NCBI GenBank assembly: GCA_048013815.1
Contig: CM106586.1
Span: 20,088,001-20,152,000 of the forward strand
Source: Setoptus koraiensis
Taxonomy: Eukaryota > Animalia > Arthropoda
Direction: 5' to 3'
Length of the DNA stretch: 64,000 nt
Under the pieces are notes generated by a model, which ran no database searches, was not told the origin of the DNA, and saw nothing but the letters and a program-made list of their open reading frames with translations. How positions within the stretch are numbered: the first letter of the stretch is position 1; each line of letters opens with the position of its first letter. Of the stretch, positions 24,059-36,190 are shown piece by piece. The position numbers and the translations under genes were made by a program.

Positions 24059-26724
24059 ATTTGATTGGCAAGTATTTGGTAATATCAAAGCTAAATGATT
24101 ACCCTACGAAGTTCGGAGTTTTGATAACAATTAGAATTCAGATGCGCTATGACTATATTGAAGTAACTTATTGTATCTATTGACATCAACACCTTATCAC
24201 ATATTAGAGCGACTGTTAAAGAGGCGACAATATTATAATTATTCACATAGTGTAGATCCAAAAGATATATTCTTTACCAACTTTTTATCTTTTTACTAGA
24301 GCGAACTAATAATATAGGTGATGCTACTTTGAATCAATTTTGCGAATATCTGATAGCAATGTTCTATGTATTCGCATATCTTTGTTATTAAGAGCTCAAT
24401 ATTGTAAATAATGGTGTGAAAATGGTAATTTTCCGATCTCTGGATTCAAGTTAGTAGTTGTTGAACAGATTTCCATTCATCCATTCATCAATTTATTATT
24501 GGAGACCAATGTACTGGATCATGGTGCAGATATTTGATGAGGTGAGTTTTTCGGTCCTATTATAGAGAGACTAATAAATTTAATGCTTGCCCAGTTAGCA
24601 ATAAAGAGACATTTATTGATTTATAAATAACACTAACCAATTCAGTAAGAATAGTAATGTCAATGATTAGAAAAATCGATACGAGTTATAATCATGATCA
24701 CTTTTTGTCTGAGATTATATTATGAGTTCACTAGTGAAATAGTAATAGACTTTCACAACCACCAACTACTAGACTACAACTAGACTACAACTACTTCTAC
24801 TACTACTACCGCCATTACCACAATAAGAACTATTTAGATATAATATAGCCTGCTGATGTACACATAACAATAAAAATCATTTCTTTGTTTCACTTTCTAT
24901 ACATGTTGGAATGTTTATAGAGGTACCTATGGTGGCAGTCGGCAATTTTAGTTTGCATTGATGTACAGATAGATCTCTCTATTATAATGTTCTCTTTTGC
25001 TAGGGCAGTTGTATGGTAGCTGCAATAGTTTTGGCTTAACACCAGAGTCTGGCAAGCTCCTATTTGTTGTTGCTGTTGTAATTGATAGCGATGATGATGA
25101 CTACGAGTGTGAATATAATAGTTTTATATGAAGTGCTGCATGTCTTTGCAGTAAATGTTGTTCAGATTCATTCAGTCAACGAGTGATAACAGAAACTATT
25201 TGTAGCTATTGTATAATAAATAAAATTTTGTGTATGAATGCATTTAGATATATATAAATTTATATATGTACAAATCAATTGTCTTGATAGGTAGTATATG
25301 AGTTTACCACCAACCAACTAACTAGCGGTAGCGCAACCATAGACTATATAGAGTGCTTTCGCTTCAACTATAAAAGTTTAGTGACAGAGGGAGAGAACAG
25401 ATAACAACTCTGATAACTAAAATATTACATAAATGCCAATCAACAGCCTAAAGTTTTTAGGACACAACTCCTAGAAGTTTGCACCAGAGACTTTATTTTC
25501 TGACAACATCATTAAATGTTGATTAGTGTTTCATGAACTGTGGACAGTGTAAGGCGAACATCTATCATCAATTACAGCAGTAACTGATTGCCGTTAATTA
25601 GGGCTGTCAGTTTGGGGAAGCGCGCCTATCAGACCACTACGGATCTTTGTTCTTTTCATGTGCAAATAAGAGCCTATATGCCACGATCAGGTCATCTGAT
25701 TCAGCACACTCAATGAACTCTTCGATATCGAGGCAAAGTGAGTGCAAAAGCCAATCATTCAGTGGAGAGAAACTTGTGGAATTAACCTGATATAGGCCCT
25801 GTAGGTGGCAACTCAAATGACGATTCGGACATATTCAGCATAACTCTCTACTCTTGCCTCAATGGACTTTTATCCTTAGTTTTGCCCTTCTCTGAACCCT
25901 TTGCCCTTACTAATCTATCTACTCTAATCAGGTCAAAAATTCAGAAGAGAAATATTTGACCGATGAGTTCGGAATGCGGAAACCTACAACACTGGCCAGT
26001 TATCAAGTGTAGTAAAAAGTATACAAAAAAACTCGCGTGAAAATCCGCTAGAGGCGCAGCGAGACTGCGGAGCGACCGCTAAGGCAACCCGATCAATGGG
26101 TGTGTCTGAGCGGACCGCAATAGCCGAGTTTGCTTGCATTTTGCGGTAGTCTTTTTGTTCGAATGGTGCGTCTATGGTGTAACATATTTATGGACAATTT
26201 CGCAGTAACATTAAAAGCGGAGTTTTATCTGCGACTCAGCGCTCAGAATGGCCGCCCAAGTGAATGTTTCACTATGGCCACCGACAACGAAAACAACAAC
26301 AACAAAATTTGTGGAAATTGAAATCAACAACAACAATGGATGATCATCTCTCCTCCATTGTCTCTTTCTCTTCCAGTACCAATCACGGCAAAATTGTTAC
26401 CATAAACGCCATGGTCGACGATGTTTGAAGATGGCAGTTATTAGCATATTTATTATTGATAATAAATATATCTAGATTTTCTCCATGATTAATGTTCATG
26501 TATGAGTCATTGAAACAACAACAAAAACAGAATTACACAGTGCAGTTTTTGCAAAGAAACAACTACAACAACAATAACAATTAGTTAGAAATAGCAAATT
26601 ATCTTGCTATAGAATAATATTATTGTAGTATTAACCAATAGACCACAGAGTGACAAAATTGCAAACCTCAATTGCATTTTTGTTTACGTGATTGTATTAT
26701 TCGATTCATTAATATAATCACATC

Positions 26725-29484
26725 ATGACTACCGACCAATTTCCATCCGATGGAAATGGATCATTGAAAGATTTGGATTTAGTTGCTATTAGAAACATCG
26801 TGAAAGAATCCGTCACCGAGGCTATCAGTCAATTAAGTCGATCAAACTCAATTATAAACACCAATGGTACAATTGAGACTAACAATGAGCATCGACATTA
26901 TATCGAGCATCTATTACAACAAAAGTATAGTTCATTGTATAAACAAAGCATCAGTGACCCTCGCCCTGGGGCCGCAACACAATCCAAATCTTACAATTTG
27001 GGTCTTGTTAGAGGAGCCACTCAACGAATAAAAGGTCAGCCAGTATTGATGTCTCCTGATGGAAGGCATATACACATGAGTATTTATTGCGATATTTGTA
27101 ATGAACAAATCTTGGGCGCAAGATATAAATGTGTCGTATGTCATGATTACGATCTATGCTCCAATTGCAAGACGACATCCAGTCATCCTGATGACCATCC
27201 GCTTCTTATATTGAATCGTCCATTATGGGACAAATCACGCATTACTATTGAATCGGAGATTTATCAACAACCCGATTTAACCAATAATGTTCTAAAAGAA
27301 ACGGTAAATATTTGGGATTACATGTTGCCCATATTCAGGAGCGACAAACCACAAGAAAAAAAAGAGTTTTACCTAAAACCAAGATCGAAAGCATGTCAAT
27401 TCTTGCGCCAATATCATAATTTTAGACAGCCAATCAGATCAATAGACGCACGTCATCCTAAAGGAATACCACTAGAATCGTTAATCAAGGACAAACACCT
27501 TCAAGGAACAAATGTCAAACGAGGATTCTTTTCTAAAGACTATGGATGTGGTATGGCTTACGTGTGCAATTTGACCGCAAATCCGCCACCCTGTTCAAGA
27601 GAATACACTTCAACTATAAATGGCATCGATTCCGGTAGAATATGCTATCACAGATTCTCGATCAAAAATGAAACAACAAAGACTTGGAGGATCATTTCAT
27701 TGCAAATGCGACGAGTATTCCAAACCTATCACACAATCATCAAAAATACTTACATTGTTGACTGGTCTATAACAAGATTGGTTAAACCTGGTGATTGTGT
27801 CGAAGTCGAAATTGTTTACGAACTCGATAATGTCGATAGTGTCTTCTCGAGCAAAAACTCTTTCCAACAAGATTGGCTTCTTAAGAATGGCAACACTTAC
27901 TTAGCCGACATTAAATGTGTTATGAATTTTGAGCGTCCTATGTCGAAGAGATTCTGCCCAGACACACAAAATGGCTCCACCGACCCAGTGCCATCAACTA
28001 GTTCATCTCAATCGATCGATGAATCTGCACCTAGTATGACTGACGACAAAAATGAGGAGACATTGAACCAATTCATGATGAAAACGAGATCAGAACTTTA
28101 CGATATTGACTCTACATTCAAACGACGCTTTAGAAATTTTAAACCACCAGGTACAACTCCGACTAGCACTCCAGCTGGAGCCATGTCGCCGAAATCATTA
28201 GATCTAGTGGCGAACGCCTTGGATATAACTCCTCTTGAACAAAGCAAAGTTGAAGAATCCTTTGAACTAGAACAATCAGCAGCTGTACAGAACGTAGAAG
28301 AACTGCTTATTCGGGATACTATCGATGCAAATCCGGTGGAACGAAGCGACAAATGTTCAAACGGGCCTACCACAGCTTTAACAGAATCTACCAGCACTGA
28401 TCCCAACGCGACAAACTCAATAGAGAACTCTGAAACCAAAAGCGAGTCGTTTTTCTTTTTGCAACCTGATGAAGCTAAGACCTCAGTCGAAACCAAGAAA
28501 AAAATTAGTGATAGAATTGTTGGATCAAATGCATCAACAAGATCGAAAGCCGACGTTGTAGCAACAATCAGACGATCACTGGATGCTTTGAACTTAAGTA
28601 AAGAAAGTTCGGATTCTTCATCAATGGAAGACCTATCAAGTGATTTTGTTGTAGTTAAATTACCTAGTTGCTTTGATTTGGACGTGCCCTTCGATGTGGA
28701 CAAGAGCGTCGACAAAGATCGCAACGCTCCTTCACCATCAATATTAGACGCTATTCCGTGGCCGAAATATGATGGATCGTTCATTGGGCCAGATAGATGG
28801 ACTGCTGGAAATTCATCGAGTGAGGTAAAACCAGATTCTCTGGCATGTGAACAAGGGGATCTGTCCTCTGATTGTCATGCGGGAACTAGCACGATAGATC
28901 AGCCGCTAAATCTATCTACAGCTACTGAATTGTCAAAACCATCTAGCGATAGTGCCGACGACATTGATGGAAAATTAATCCTACCAAGTCCTATCAGATC
29001 GCAACCTTGTCCCAATGCTCCTTTGTATCCTAACCTGGAGTCGTTTGAGATTGAAGGGAGCAACCAAGAGCCTCCTCAATTACCACCTAAACATGGAAAA
29101 AAGATTTCGAGCTTACATTCATTTATTTTGACACAAGGCAGTGACAATGAATCCGAGTCTTCATATAACTTGGATGATCTTTGCGTGTCAGGGGATGAGG
29201 ACTCAAGTGGTAAAGTTTGGTTGAAAGTCGAAAAGCCGGAAAATAATACTGTTCAAACTAGGCAGCCGACTAATGCTGTCGGTAGTAACGAACTGCCTCA
29301 CGACCTCAGACCTTTAATCAGACCAGATAGTCCGAATAGTCCCGAGGCCTCTCCAATGATGGCTAATCTAAGTATACTCTCTGAGATGGGTTTCGTTGAC
29401 CGTGAAGCTAACGGGTCTTTACTACTGAAACATGAGCAGGACCTCGATAAAGTAATAAATGAGTTATTGGGCGAAAGCCTATGA
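26725..29484 (+). CDS. NBR1: NBR1-like selective autophagy receptor (ZZ finger, FW-like region, LIR, UBA), intronless, 919 aa
   Basis: ZZ finger CDIC...YKCVVCHDYDLCSNC...H...H; SSDFVVVKLPSCFD resembles the NBR1 LIR SEDYIIILPECFD; C-terminal LSEMGFVDREAN...LLKHEQDLDKVINELL resembles the NBR1 UBA. Confidence 0.8.
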   Translation: MTTDQFPSDGNGSLKDLDLVAIRNIVKESVTEAISQLSRSNSIINTNGTIETNNEHRHYIEHLLQQKYSSLYKQSISDPRPGAATQSKSYNLGLVRGATQRIKGQPVLMSPDGRHIHMSIYCDICNEQILGARYKCVVCHDYDLCSNCKTTSSHPDDHPLLILNRPLWDKSRITIESEIYQQPDLTNNVLKETVNIWDYMLPIFRSDKPQEKKEFYLKPRSKACQFLRQYHNFRQPIRSIDARHPKGIPLESLIKDKHLQGTNVKRGFFSKDYGCGMAYVCNLTANPPPCSREYTSTINGIDSGRICYHRFSIKNETTKTWRIISLQMRRVFQTYHTIIKNTYIVDWSITRLVKPGDCVEVEIVYELDNVDSVFSSKNSFQQDWLLKNGNTYLADIKCVMNFERPMSKRFCPDTQNGSTDPVPSTSSSQSIDESAPSMTDDKNEETLNQFMMKTRSELYDIDSTFKRRFRNFKPPGTTPTSTPAGAMSPKSLDLVANALDITPLEQSKVEESFELEQSAAVQNVEELLIRDTIDANPVERSDKCSNGPTTALTESTSTDPNATNSIENSETKSESFFFLQPDEAKTSVETKKKISDRIVGSNASTRSKADVVATIRRSLDALNLSKESSDSSSMEDLSSDFVVVKLPSCFDLDVPFDVDKSVDKDRNAPSPSILDAIPWPKYDGSFIGPDRWTAGNSSSEVKPDSLACEQGDLSSDCHAGTSTIDQPLNLSTATELSKPSSDSADDIDGKLILPSPIRSQPCPNAPLYPNLESFEIEGSNQEPPQLPPKHGKKISSLHSFILTQGSDNESESSYNLDDLCVSGDEDSSGKVWLKVEKPENNTVQTRQPTNAVGSNELPHDLRPLIRPDSPNSPEASPMMANLSILSEMGFVDREANGSLLLKHEQDLDKVINELLGESL

Positions 29485-29755
29485 TTCATGACAAACAAAA
29501 GAATGTCAGTTACTTATTCTCGCTCACTTAAGTTTTTGGTATAGACGCTTATATCCGAATGAAGGATATAACGTGATCACACTATCATACCTATGTTATG
29601 GATATATTCATGTAATAATAATAAATAAAATCACTGTTCATTAAATTGTCAAGCATCAGATACATAATATAAAACAACAGCTACCTGTAGTTGTAAACTC
29701 ACCGTTGTTGCTATAGAAACCGAGTGAAAATTGTGCTCTATCAGGATTCTTGTCT

Positions 29756-31144
29756 ATGTTAAAATCGATCGTCTATGATATGGACAGGCTGCTCTTACAC
29801 CCATTTAAAGATTTTGACAACAATATAAAAGGTGCAAACAAAGTTTTAATAAGAAAAAATGTTCCCAGAATAGGTTCTGCCTCAAATTACAACAAAACAA
29901 GAATTATGGATTCTCACTTGAGACCCCACAACGAGCTTGAAACTTTAAGTGAGGTTACCGAAGAATTAAGCGAAGAGTGGTCCGCTGTAGATCATCCAGG
30001 TGATATTAACAACAAACATAATGAGAGAACTGGTGGTAATTATGCAACATCAGTTGAAGAAATTGGTCATATGGTGGATGAGGACTTTGAAAATCTGTCG
30101 ACAAACTCGATAAAGTTAGATAGAAATGTTTCAACAGAGAGGGACTCATCGCCCGGAAATGAAAATGAGGCACTACTTGAATTCGCAAACGATAATCTGG
30201 TAACGAGATCGACCAAACAGATGAATGATTTGATCGCTGAGCTTGGAAGTTCTAGAAGAACTGATGCGGAGTACAATGATGTCGATTATGAGACAGATGA
30301 GGATGTGAATATATTCAAAATGGTCAATATTGTCAGTGAGTTAGAGGATGATAATATAAGTGCCTGTAGCACTTCTGGTTCGCAATCAGTCACTAGAGTA
30401 AGTCATGATTCCGAACACAACGAAGAAACTGGGTCACCTTTTGAAAACTCTAGTTTCAATAAAGCTGCATATAGTGTCAAAACAAATAGAGCATCAGAGC
30501 AGACTTCTCATGGAAAGTATATACAATCGGTAGATAAGATAAAAACAAGTATCGATAGTGCAATAGTTGATCATTTAGATAAAAAATTCAGCAATATGGC
30601 GATGCAATGGGAAACGGCACTCAACGATAGGCTCAATCCGTTGATAACTTCCGTTAACAATTGTCAAAGTACACTACATAGCTACTTGACCAGCAATAGT
30701 GATGAACGTAAACAGGATGAGCTTCATTCGAAATTGAAATCATTACTCAGTGAACTATTGTATGATTTGGAAACAAAATTAGAAAGACGAGATGAGCAGC
30801 TCGGACATTTATTGCAATCATTACATGCTTTCAAAAAAACAACTTCCTTGAGCCCTAAAAATAACTGTGAAGATAGATCCGTTCAGGTAAATCCTGAGAC
30901 AGCACCATTCTTGTTAGCACCCAAGGCAGGAATGGATAAGAGTTCGTTTTTGCTCGAGCTCGAGAAAGCAAACCTTTCGGATAGAAGAACACAAGAAGTG
31001 GTCCATTCGATAGATTATCGTCTCTTCTTGAGCAATCAAACTGGATATCATCCTAGATCTGCTATAAAATATATGGCAAATATGTTATTGTCTGAGGTGA
31101 AAGGCTCATATGAGGCGCTCGACGCGGAGATGAAAAAGCTATGA
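29756..31144 (+). CDS. Uncharacterised protein with acidic N-half and coiled-coil-like C-half (~460 aa; start codon uncertain)
   Basis: 1.4-kb uninterrupted ORF in AT-rich DNA. Heptad-like helices in the C-half. No family recognised. Confidence 0.7.
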   Translation: MLKSIVYDMDRLLLHPFKDFDNNIKGANKVLIRKNVPRIGSASNYNKTRIMDSHLRPHNELETLSEVTEELSEEWSAVDHPGDINNKHNERTGGNYATSVEEIGHMVDEDFENLSTNSIKLDRNVSTERDSSPGNENEALLEFANDNLVTRSTKQMNDLIAELGSSRRTDAEYNDVDYETDEDVNIFKMVNIVSELEDDNISACSTSGSQSVTRVSHDSEHNEETGSPFENSSFNKAAYSVKTNRASEQTSHGKYIQSVDKIKTSIDSAIVDHLDKKFSNMAMQWETALNDRLNPLITSVNNCQSTLHSYLTSNSDERKQDELHSKLKSLLSELLYDLETKLERRDEQLGHLLQSLHAFKKTTSLSPKNNCEDRSVQVNPETAPFLLAPKAGMDKSSFLLELEKANLSDRRTQEVVHSIDYRLFLSNQTGYHPRSAIKYMANMLLSEVKGSYEALDAEMKKL

Positions 31145-31365
31145 TTTTGAACTCAGAATATCTTGAGTCTTCAGACAGATGGATATCAAAAAAGGCATCA
31201 GAAGGTCTTGGGTTCCAAACCTGCCTAAATACAGAAGAGGCAAATGTTTGTCTATTCAGCGGTGCTTATGTGTATTGCATCATAGAATTGAGATTTTTTT
31301 GTAAAACCATAGCGCACACATATCGAAGATACAAAACTTTATAATTGGTAAACAATTCTGTAATA

Positions 31366-31947
31366 TTAAATGTATCGCCTAGACTTTGTGTCCTCTTTAA
31401 ACCATAATTTTAATCGTAGCGCGTCGACACCATTCAGATAATAGCGAAAAAGTCGCTTATCGCGTAAGAAACCTAAATTTTCATACAATTTTAAAGCAGG
31501 AGTGTTGTTGACCTCTGCCTCCAAAACTACCTCGTCAGCCCCCAATCTCTCCATTGCTTTGACTGCTTTGAGCACAAGATTGGAACCAATCTTCAATTTT
31601 CTATACTCTTTTTCCACAGCAAGCATGGCGATATAGCCTCTGTAGGATCTATTTCTATGGAGATCCAATTTACAAACTATTGCACCGATACAATCGGACT
31701 TATGGTAGGCGAGGAAGCAAAGCTCGCTCCAATTGTTTATAAAATATCGATAGGTGTAAATGGAATAGGGTTCTGATAGATCCTTCTGAAACAACTTGAT
31801 AATATCTGGCATCTGCTCCTCTGATTGATAGTTCACATAGGTGATGTCGTGGGCCTTTTCAGCAATATCCGATTTATCACTAATTGTCAATGATTGTGTA
31901 TCTTGGAGCACTTGAGTGCAGACAGTCTCCGATGGATTCGACGACAT
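31366..31947 (-). CDS. NAA30: NatC catalytic subunit N-alpha-acetyltransferase 30 (193 aa)
   Basis: [39 protein letters not shown] and [20 protein letters not shown]. First ATG is at 31947. Confidence 0.96.
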   Translation of the reverse strand: MSSNPSETVCTQVLQDTQSLTISDKSDIAEKAHDITYVNYQSEEQMPDIIKLFQKDLSEPYSIYTYRYFINNWSELCFLAYHKSDCIGAIVCKLDLHRNRSYRGYIAMLAVEKEYRKLKIGSNLVLKAVKAMERLGADEVVLEAEVNNTPALKLYENLGFLRDKRLFRYYLNGVDALRLKLWFKEDTKSRRYI

Positions 31948-32339
31948 TACTGGTATTATATATTGGAAGCGATATTTGGACGAGAATTCACTCCAGGACC
32001 CCAGACAAACAATATTAAATAATATTAACAATATCTCACATCGCCGGCATGTGATGGTACAGGGGGACTATTAATTTGTTGATGACCTCTTGTGATATTG
32101 CGTGTTTCTTCGAGGGGAGGCGTTTGTGTATCGGCGAGATGTTTTTTGCCATCGGTGTAAATTCAGAATTCTTTCTTGTTTATATCTTGTTAACAATGTG
32201 CATTGCAGCACACTAATGCAGTTGAGTTGAATTATTCGGCAACTGTTGTGGTCTGGCCCATCACCGGTAGAGGCGCTGGCATCGTTCAGATAATGTGCAT
32301 CCGAGCGTAGACTGTTTCATTAGATATTTTATTTTTTTG

Positions 32340-32790
32340 ATTGCTCGCTTTAGATCGCCCCAAATCTCATGCGAGAGCGCACGTTTCAACGCAATGACGC
32401 ACTGCCCATTTGCTCGCAATCCTGCAGATAACTATGACTGCTTATGGAAAGCTGAGTAGCGCCGCCCTGTCGGATTCTTTTGAACCAGGTGTAGGGGCTT
32501 TGGAGAATCCGCGCACTGACTTTATCAAGTCGACTCGGTCGCGGGTACAGTGCGGCCGACGCTGGGCTAGTCCGGACGATGACCGGACGTCGCAGAGGGG
32601 CACCGCAACTCTCGCCATTGCAGGGGATGAGGTGACTCAAAGATCAGCAATAACAGCGGCATTGTCCGGATTGACAAAGGGCGCCTCGATGGGTATGCCT
32701 CTTGCGGCAAGCGACACGGGCTGAGAGCGGCCCGGGCCTCCCAGTTCGCAGCACAGCTAACAAGCTTGACCAAACGATTTGCGTCGTTTG
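32340..32790. other. GC-rich, hairpin-rich island; candidate structured ncRNA or structured 5' exon
   Basis: Spot GC counts 37/60 and 41/60 versus 17/60 in the flank at 33181. Several perfect stems (see findings). Identity not recognised. Confidence 0.35.
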
Positions 32791-34612
32791 TAGCGTCCGA
32801 TGAATGACCTGAGTCGCATTAATAAACTAAAGCGCTGCCCATTGTAAGTGTGAGTTCATTGTAACGTGAGTCTTTCGAGAACATTTTCGCTAACGCTATG
32901 GCATTCCCTCCCAGAGAGGACCCCTGAATTGTATTAGATTCATCATCATCACAAGCAAGCCTCCTGTGAGCTCAATGTTGCCAGACAGAATTATGACGAC
33001 TGGCAATGGGATGCGGCGGAACTCCCTCTTGCTTCTCTTACCCTGTTTGCGTGTATCCGCCTCGTTGGATAACCCAAAACGATGCGCAGCGGAAAGAACA
33101 AAATCAATTGATTATGCTGTTAATGCGTATTCTATGCGATTCCCTGAGCCCATAAAATCCACTGTGTTTGTTCATTTTTTTCTCAGAAGACTCCAAAAAA
33201 CTCCCTATATGAAATTTTTTGTTTGAGAAAAGAAGAAAAAAAAACGCCTGACCAAAGTGATGATGAGAGAATTGATAAAGATAAAGGCATAAAGAAGCCT
33301 GTTTTTTCTACTTCAATGTTGGTTTTTGTTGTGAGCCGGGAAAAATGATATCAATTGCAGTTTGGGATGGTTCTTTAGTTGTGTAGTGTGAAGTCGCTGC
33401 ATCAATTTAAGTTGCTGCAGTTCTCATTTTCTTGAATTGACTAACTATTAGCAACAGTCAGTGGTAGTAGCAAGGATGATGCTACTTTTGCAACTTCTAA
33501 CAATCCAGTAATAATAGTAACAGTGACTCTGTGGCTGTAGTAAAGCCAAACCTATGCGCTAGTAGTTATGGTAGTAGTAGAAGTAAGAAGAAGAAGAAGA
33601 AGTAGTAGACCAACAAGGAAACAAGAAACCACGAATGTAAAGAGAAGATAGCAACAACAACAATTCTCGGCAACAACTAGATTACAACTGCGAATGGGCA
33701 GCCAAAAGAACTAACGTACGTAAGAACGAAGAACAAGCGAAAAAAAAACGAAAGAAAGAGATAAAGAAAGATTATTATTAACTATGCCAGTGCACAAGAA
33801 AAGGGACATAATTCCTTACATATTCATTATTCAAGCTCACTCGTATTTAATTATATAATAATCAATGCAAATCACTTTAAAACGCTCAAAAGTTAAACCT
33901 CGAACTGGTCATATAACTAATGTCTCTATAAAATGTCTTAAAGAACGTAACTTGACTCGCCTCTGGTGCAACGAACGACCTCACTACACAATAGGCTTGG
34001 AGTATGCTAACTCAATAGTAATATTCTAATATTGTTATTTTATTTTATTATTTATTTGCATATTCACATTCAGATACATATTATATACACAACCCATTTA
34101 CTATTATCATTATTATCATATGAATATTTTTCCTATGAATATTCCTTCAATACATTTTATTATAAATACGAACAATATATATTTTCACATATTTATTCAC
34201 AATAACAGCACAATTTATTTATACCAGTGATTATTGACAATCAGCACAACACTCACCTGGGCTTACCGGTGGACGATTTTTAAACCCAAAGAACACTATT
34301 ATCGGTTTCATCAATATTCCAACTGTCATTCGTTTATTAATGACCTACTTTTGAGACATATCATAACAATCATATCATTTGGATATCATATTATCGTAAC
34401 TTAATTGATAATAATTATTGCCAAATCAACGACAATCATTGTTGAGGTATTGAAATGTACACGCTTATCTGATAATACCGATAATAATCCTAATTATCGA
34501 GCTCACCATTAGAGCTGGGAATATTACCGAACCTAGGACATTTTGATCGCCACCTACTACATTTTGACTGTACTTACATCTAGGCTAACGTCTCAAACCT
34601 TAACGAAAAATC

Positions 34613-36010
34613 ATGAGCGCTAGCAAATGTCCCAGGTGTGAGAATACCGTTTACGCGGTCGAAGGTCTCAAATGTCTGGACAAGGTCTGGCACAAAGGAT
34701 GCTTCAAATGTTACGAATGTGGAATGACATTAAGTCTGAAAAATCATAAAGGCTTCGACAAAAAACCATATTGTAACGCTCACTGCCCACAAGCCAAGCA
34801 CACCTCAGTGGCCGACACGCCAGAAATTAGGAGACTTGCTGAAAACACCAGGATACAAAGCCAAGCTAGATATCATGAAGACTTTGAGAAATCCAAAGGC
34901 AAAGGATTCACACCCATTGCCGATGACCCTGAAACATTGAGAATCAAAAATACGTCCAAGATAATAAGTAACGTCGCTTATCACGGAGAATTAGAACGAA
35001 AAAAACAAATGGAAGAAAAGAGAAACTTGGTAGAAGAAAACGGCTCTATTACAAGCGACAACAATAATCACCTAGATTACATGTCTCCTCAACATCAGCA
35101 ACAACAAAAGCCAAGTCCCCAGTCGAATCAAACATCACATCATATCAATCAGCAACAGTCGAATTTGCAGAATTCGACTCCTCATCAACCATATCAGCAA
35201 CAGCAACCACAGTTACATAAGCAGCAACAGATAATAAAACAACAGCAACTTCAGCAGCAACAACAACAGCAACAACAGCAGCAACTACAAATACAACAAC
35301 AGCAACAGCAGCAACAACAACAGCAACTACAAATGCAACAACAGCAGCAACAACAAATGCAACTTCAGCAACAGCAAATTCAACAACAGCATCAACAAAC
35401 TTTGCAACAGCAACAATTGTATCAGCAACAGCAAATGCATCAGAAACAACAGATGTTAAAACAACAGCAACAACAGCAGCAACAACAACAGATTATAATG
35501 TCGGGTAATACATACGGTGGAGATGTATCTTTAGCCCCCTATTCAGGCATGAGATATCCATCAAACCCATATAACAACATGAAGCAATATCCTACACATC
35601 AAGTGCCATCCCATCATCCTACAACTGTTCATCCTGGGACTCAAATAATCAATAGAATACCCATGACTCAACAAACTATGATACCTGGTGGAGCTATGCT
35701 TTATAATGCTAATGGTATGGTAGCCCAACAGCCGCATTATGTAGGGCCAAATCCGAGAATGATGCCACCTCCGATGCAATATATGCCCCAAGCAAGACAC
35801 CCACATCAGCATCCAGTTACTCAGCGCGTGTTCCGAGCTATGTACAATTATACGGCCAGCGATGTTGATGAAGTTAGTTTCATGGAAGGAGACCTGTTAG
35901 TAAATTGTGTCAATATTGATGCCGGTTGGATGACTGGTACTGTACAACGATCTGGCCAAACTGGTATGCTACCCGCAAATTATGTTGAACAAGTAAAACT
36001 GAGAAATTAA
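34613..36010 (+). CDS. LASP1: LIM and SH3 domain protein Lasp with long polyQ linker, intronless CDS, 465 aa
   Basis: N-terminal LIM (CPRC...WHKGCFKC...YCNAH), two nebulin repeats (SQARYHEDFEK, SNVAYHGE) and a C-terminal SH3 (AMYNY...GWMTG...PANYV). Confidence 0.97.
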   Translation: MSASKCPRCENTVYAVEGLKCLDKVWHKGCFKCYECGMTLSLKNHKGFDKKPYCNAHCPQAKHTSVADTPEIRRLAENTRIQSQARYHEDFEKSKGKGFTPIADDPETLRIKNTSKIISNVAYHGELERKKQMEEKRNLVEENGSITSDNNNHLDYMSPQHQQQQKPSPQSNQTSHHINQQQSNLQNSTPHQPYQQQQPQLHKQQQIIKQQQLQQQQQQQQQQQLQIQQQQQQQQQQQLQMQQQQQQQMQLQQQQIQQQHQQTLQQQQLYQQQQMHQKQQMLKQQQQQQQQQQIIMSGNTYGGDVSLAPYSGMRYPSNPYNNMKQYPTHQVPSHHPTTVHPGTQIINRIPMTQQTMIPGGAMLYNANGMVAQQPHYVGPNPRMMPPPMQYMPQARHPHQHPVTQRVFRAMYNYTASDVDEVSFMEGDLLVNCVNIDAGWMTGTVQRSGQTGMLPANYVEQVKLRN

Positions 36011-36190
36011 ATCTTTCACTATCACAGACACCAAAGATTGTAGTGACTTACTATGAATAAATTTTTTTATACTTGAGAACTAACAAACATAGAAGAATCT
36101 CGATGAGATTCGCTTTGGTAGATTGGTCTGAATTGTTTGAGAGGCGCTTTTCTCTGTCAAGATCATGTAATAATTTAGTTTAATTTCCAT

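Noticed and set aside
32446-32760. Naming the GC island as RNase P/MRP or 7SK (GGAAAGCTGAG, ACACGGGCT, GATC words)
   Set aside because: The P4 halves do not pair convincingly, the GATC motifs are ~290 nt apart, and no oligo-T terminator is evident. It is left unnamed.
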